From positions 868,001-932,000 of the forward strand of contig BCGN01000006.1 in assembly GCA_001599295.1 (NCBI GenBank): a stretch of DNA of 64,000 bases, in the 5' to 3' direction. This DNA is from Sporopachydermia quercuum. Taxonomy: Eukaryota. The notes under the pieces are model-generated. The model did not search any database and was not told the DNA's origin. It saw only the letters and a program-made list of their open reading frames with translations. The translations under genes and the position numbers were made by a program. Below are positions 59,828-64,000 of the stretch, piece after piece. Every line of letters begins with the position of its first letter. Position 1 is the stretch's first letter.

Positions 59828-61792
59828 TTAAGAGTATTTTCTCTGTGAATGAAAAGACTGCTGAGAAACAGAAAAGTCACTATCAGTATTCTCCTTTTTA
59901 ATAATCTTACCCTTACTACTATCCCCATTTGCAAATCCTTTAACCACATTCTCTCGTTCATTTCCAAATACCCCATGTTCAGTATCATTTTCATCCGCAT
60001 TCTCTTCATTCTCTTCGTCATCTGAGAATATGCCTTCAGTATCCAAATCATAATTGAAAGCATCATAATCAACTGTAGAGGCATCGTCAATTCTTTGCGT
60101 GACGGGAGCAAATTTACTGCTGTCGTAACTCATTTCACCAAACACAACATCCATATCTTCTAATTCAACTCCCATGGTCTCCGGGAAATAGAAATAAACC
60201 GTTATGGCAGAAATTAAACAAAAAGTAGCAAATATCAAGTACATTCGCCAGCTAATGGTTTGTTGTAACACAGGTGTTGTTTCTCCTACTATATAATTGA
60301 AAATCCAGTTTGAAGCTGTTGATAATGAAGCACCTTTTGATCTAACCGCTAACGGGAGAATCTCAGGAGGATATAACCATGGAACAGGACCCCAAGAATA
60401 ACCAAAGAATGCATTATAGATAATAACAAGTAGTACAACAGCAATAGGGGTGAAAGAAGGTATATCCAACCACATCACATAGGATATACTATAAAGAGAG
60501 ACCGACATAACTATAGCACCAGAAATAAGAATTTTCCTCCTNCCCCAAATATCAACTAAATACCACGGGGGAATAGTCGATAATGTATAGATAATACCAT
60601 TAATGCCTGTCATTAGAATAGCATTACGGCCTTTCCAACCTGCCTCTTCAAATACCAAAGGAGCATAATATGAAATGACATTTATACCATTCAATTGAGC
60701 AAACATCTGAGAAGAAATGGCTATCAAAACTCTCTGTTTATACCGTTTAAACATATATTTATATGATGATGGTGAGATTATCTTTTTATTAGGAAATGCT
60801 ATTGATATCCTATCACTTTCTTCCTTAGCCGATTGCAATTCATCAAGAATATTGTTCTTAATACCTTCGTATTCCATCTTAGCTATTGATTCATCACCAT
60901 GAAGTCTTATCAGCACAATTAATGCTTCTCTTTCGTAGAATTTCTTTGAGGAAAAGTTCACTGCGTTGTCAGCATGGTGACTACTGTTGATAGGATTTAT
61001 ACTATCAGTTGATGGTAAACTGGTGCATTTCGATAGTAGCCACCGGGGAGACTCCAGGATTCTAAAAGAGCCGAAAAACAGAATTGAGCCAATTATACAC
61101 TGAATTAATAAAGGAATTCTCCAACTAAGATTACTTTCAATGAATGAGCAGAAATAATCAACCCATACAGAAGACGAGTAGCCAATAATATTACCAGTAA
61201 ACTCAATGCATGCCAAACGTCCTCTATTATGAGATGGTGATATCTCTGACTGAAATATGGGTACCATAGTGCTCAAAATACCAACCCCAACACCACTGAT
61301 GACTCTTCCTATTATTAGTATAAACATAGCAGAAGCTGTGAATGTTTGAACTCCGCCGCCGATAATGAATATAAACGCGCCAATTTGAATTGACCGCTTC
61401 CTACCAATGATATCACCAATCTTACCAATAGCCAGTGATGATACCAAAGCACCAAGCTCTAATATAGCAACCATAGTGCCAATTTCTGCTCTTGAAGGAT
61501 GATTAAAATATATATCAAACTGTTCTCCTGCAATAATACCCGACATCACACCTTGATCATAGCCAAACAGAAACACTCCAAGCGATACAAATACTGTAGT
61601 GAAATACAGTAGCAATGTACCACCCCTCTTTGAATTGTGATGCAATAGATGATGAGGAAGATTGTTAGGATTCAAAGGTAATTCATGCTGATTAGAGTGT
61701 CTAGAACTAGGGGATGCTATATTGAGAGATTCTAATTCCAGCTCATCATTGCTATCGAACGAGTTGGCCTTCTGGAAAACTTGAGGTGCCAT
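59828..61792 (-). CDS. MFS sugar porter family transporter (YDL199C-like)
   Basis: FLFGYDQGVMSG, GDIIGRKRS, GRVISGVGVG, ESPRWL, QLNGINVISYY, WGPVPWLYPPEI and PETMG. Confidence 0.92.
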   Translation of the reverse strand: MAPQVFQKANSFDSNDELELESLNIASPSSRHSNQHELPLNPNNLPHHLLHHNSKRGGTLLLYFTTVFVSLGVFLFGYDQGVMSGIIAGEQFDIYFNHPSRAEIGTMVAILELGALVSSLAIGKIGDIIGRKRSIQIGAFIFIIGGGVQTFTASAMFILIIGRVISGVGVGILSTMVPIFQSEISPSHNRGRLACIEFTGNIIGYSSSVWVDYFCSFIESNLSWRIPLLIQCIIGSILFFGSFRILESPRWLLSKCTSLPSTDSINPINSSHHADNAVNFSSKKFYEREALIVLIRLHGDESIAKMEYEGIKNNILDELQSAKEESDRISIAFPNKKIISPSSYKYMFKRYKQRVLIAISSQMFAQLNGINVISYYAPLVFEEAGWKGRNAILMTGINGIIYTLSTIPPWYLVDIWXRRKILISGAIVMSVSLYSISYVMWLDIPSFTPIAVVLLVIIYNAFFGYSWGPVPWLYPPEILPLAVRSKGASLSTASNWIFNYIVGETTPVLQQTISWRMYLIFATFCLISAITVYFYFPETMGVELEDMDVVFGEMSYDSSKFAPVTQRIDDASTVDYDAFNYDLDTEGIFSDDEENEENADENDTEHGVFGNERENVVKGFANGDSSKGKIIKKENTDSDFSVSQQSFHSQRKYS

Positions 61793-63018
61793 TTTCCATA
61801 ATAATCTTTATAGCGCGAAAAGAATAAAGGCAGATTCAAGGTTTTTTCTTTTTTTTGAAAGGATACTGCCGTAAATCTGTTATTTGATCCTTCAAACTGT
61901 TAATAGAAACAGTATTTATGTTTGATTCTGTACACTGCAATGATTATGGTTGTGATATGATATGATGAGTGTAACTCCAAGAGGAATTGAGTAGATAAAG
62001 ATACTGCCAATGATTTCATAAACAACAGATAATCCTTGCCATCAGTTGTAGTGGGCTATGTANTATTTAGTTGTCATCTGGGCCCTTCTTAACTTATAGA
62101 ACAATGTATAATTTTCTTTATTGTTGATTGTCACACTGTATGTTTGACTACAAAATGCAGTGGCTTGCGGTATAGTCACAGCGAAAACTCTACAGCAGTC
62201 TTCTTTTTTACCGCGATTAATGCATTCAACCAAACAGCAACTGATAGATACAAATAATGATTTGCAGTTAAAACGCGTTTCGTTACTAAGATAAACATAA
62301 CATACCTAGCTGAACGTCCAATGATCAGACACGTAGAAAAAACACGGTAATAACTGTAACGAGAAGAAACCGNTTGGAGATAATAAAATAAGGTTTTGGG
62401 AGGGTAGCAGGGAAATGTGTAATGATGTAATGAGACATATTTATTGTTATGCATGGACTTTAAACATTGAATGGTACCTGATACGTGAGATGTGCTGCTG
62501 GCATTACTAAGTAACTGCTTGCATGCAGCCCGTGTAAGAAAGTTAGGGAGCTCGGAGAGTCAAGATTATTGTGATGAATGATGATTTTTTGGAACTCAAT
62601 CGTATAGGATTGTGGTTGGGCGGCATGACAGGTTGCAAACAGGCCAAGAAATGCTGTGCTAGGAGAATATCACGGCAGGACATGACCATCAGAGTTACCC
62701 AGATAAAACGATGGAATAACTCGTTTATTAATTGAATCCGAAATAGATTGTCTGAGTAAACAGCGTTCAAACAAAGACTATTGTTTGGCTGTTAAAATAA
62801 CTACTTCAGATTGTTTCCTGTTCCTGGTCACTAATTCAGCAACATATAGAATATCCAAGTTAAGTTTTTCTGAGAAACACAAAAGCGAGGTAGCAACGTT
62901 TTCTTATTAAGAACAAGAAAGGTAATTGACCTATTCAACCTGCATATCACAATGCAATGAATAAAAAAAGATAAATACAGCATCAGGATCATTAATCAAT
63001 TGCAAGACACAAAAAGAC

Positions 63019-63089
63019 TGCGTCAGCCCGGAGTCGAACCGGGGGCTCTTCGATGGCAACGAAGAATTTTACCGCTAAACCACTAACGC
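63019..63089 (-). tRNA. tRNA-Gly(GCC), intronless
   Basis: GCGTTAGTGGTTTAGCGGTAAAATTCTTCGTTGCCATCGAAGAGCCCCCGGTTCGACTCCGGGCTGACGCA folds as a cloverleaf with a GCC anticodon and GGTTCGA T-loop. A T5 Pol III terminator follows at 63015-63011. Confidence 0.97.
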
Positions 63090-63539
63090 CTCTTTGTGCT
63101 ATGTTATTGCCTGATCATATATCATTCAGTAGAATATTTTGAATCTTAAGAAAAATTGAAGAATTGTATTAGGATTCTTACTCTTTTTCCTTCTTCTCCT
63201 TCTTACTATTATTAATTAGAAAGAAAAGAATGAGAGTAAATAATCTGTGAGGTGAATAGTATATAAAAGGTACAAATAGGAATATTAAATAGATGAAAGT
63301 TAAAAGTTAATATGGTACGTAAAATATCACGTGGCTTGAGTTATAGCAGCAAGTATTTAATCGGTTATTTATTGAGAATATTATCAATTATTTATTAAAC
63401 TATTAGATGATGTGAAAATGTATTTATATAGGATACTATGTTTATGGTGTATACTAAGTAGATCACAATTACTTCTATGATAGTCATGACACATTTATAT
63501 AGCCTCAATGGGTTGATGCTGAAGGAAGCAATGTTTCAA

Positions 63540-64000
63540 TTAATTGGTTTTAATTGCTTTCTTGTTAGCAGAAGCTTTTTGGTTTCTTTTAACATAAGAA
63601 TCAATCCAAAAGGAAACAAAGAGCCAAGTCAATGGTGCTAAGTAGATAACGTTGAATGCAACAGCAAATGTTTGACCGAAATCACCAATACAAGAGCAAT
63701 AGTTCTTAGTACCAGGATCAAAATAAGAAATGAAGATATGCAAAACAGCTCCCGAACCACCGAAAATGAACTGGCAAATTTGAGCCGTGGTTAATGTTCT
63801 CTTGACAAAGAGTGGCACTCTAATCTTCAATGCTGTTAAGGTGTAATAAAAATACATAATGGAGTGGATCAAAGAATTGAAAACAACAAAGATCCAAATA
63901 GGAGGTGAAGCAAATCTAATTCCAGCCCACATCGATAACATAGCACCAGAGTGATGATAAGTTTGCAATAATGAAGATTGCTTACCTTTGATTAAAATGA
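63540..64000 (-). CDS. GNS1/SUR4 (ELO) family fatty-acid elongase, 3' part (5' end lies outside the window)
   Basis: KGKQSSLLQTYHH, NSLIHSIMYFYY, LTTAQICQF and a C-terminal Lys-rich ER-retrieval-like tail KKAIKTN. Confidence 0.85.
   Translation of the reverse strand, partial: ILIKGKQSSLLQTYHHSGAMLSMWAGIRFASPPIWIFVVFNSLIHSIMYFYYTLTALKIRVPLFVKRTLTTAQICQFIFGGSGAVLHIFISYFDPGTKNYCSCIGDFGQTFAVAFNVIYLAPLTWLFVSFWIDSYVKRNQKASANKKAIKTN

Noticed and set aside
1..64000. Scattered single n bases (X residues)
   Set aside because: They preserve reading frames and look like ambiguous or heterozygous consensus calls, not recoding or pseudogenisation.
1..64000. Functional cluster of RNA-processing genes (PRP3, PRP8, THOC5-like, Red1-like, RRM)
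   Set aside because: They are interspersed with unrelated housekeeping genes and share no evident regulatory motif, so chance synteny is sufficient.

Overview
AT-rich eukaryotic window, most consistent with an intron-containing budding yeast (Saccharomycotina). It uses the standard code: a conserved Prp8 Leu is encoded by CTG. Introns have GTAAGT/GTGAGT/GTATGT donors and TACTAAC-type branch points 7-16 nt before the acceptor. Genes in order: 3' part of TOM1, PRP3, HSP10 (3 exons), ATP19 (3 exons, missed by the ORF track), SFM1, a DDHD phospholipase, AHC1, an uncertain small gene, TRS31, ARD1, ASK1, CTI6, a DHA1 MFS transporter, an Sbp1/Rrt5-like 2xRRM protein, LCB1, a short THOC5-like gene, CDC23 (5 exons), an intein-free PRP8, a 3-exon Red1/ZFC3H1-like gene, a sugar porter, tRNA-Gly(GCC) and the 3' end of an ELO-family elongase. 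No transposon, CRISPR or rRNA was seen. Signals most worth a second look: (1) a CCG/CGG-enriched, GC-richer domain over PRP8, its non-coding flanks, the Red1-like gene and part of TOM1, with CpGs often spaced at multiples of about 10-12 bp; (2) a candidate snR37-like H/ACA snoRNA in the 803-nt first intron of HSP10; (3) the long-intron Red1-like gene with in-frame coding-like relic sequence in intron 2; (4) several intergenic inverted repeats, including an interlocked pair. All gene names come from recalled motif similarity, not from database searches.
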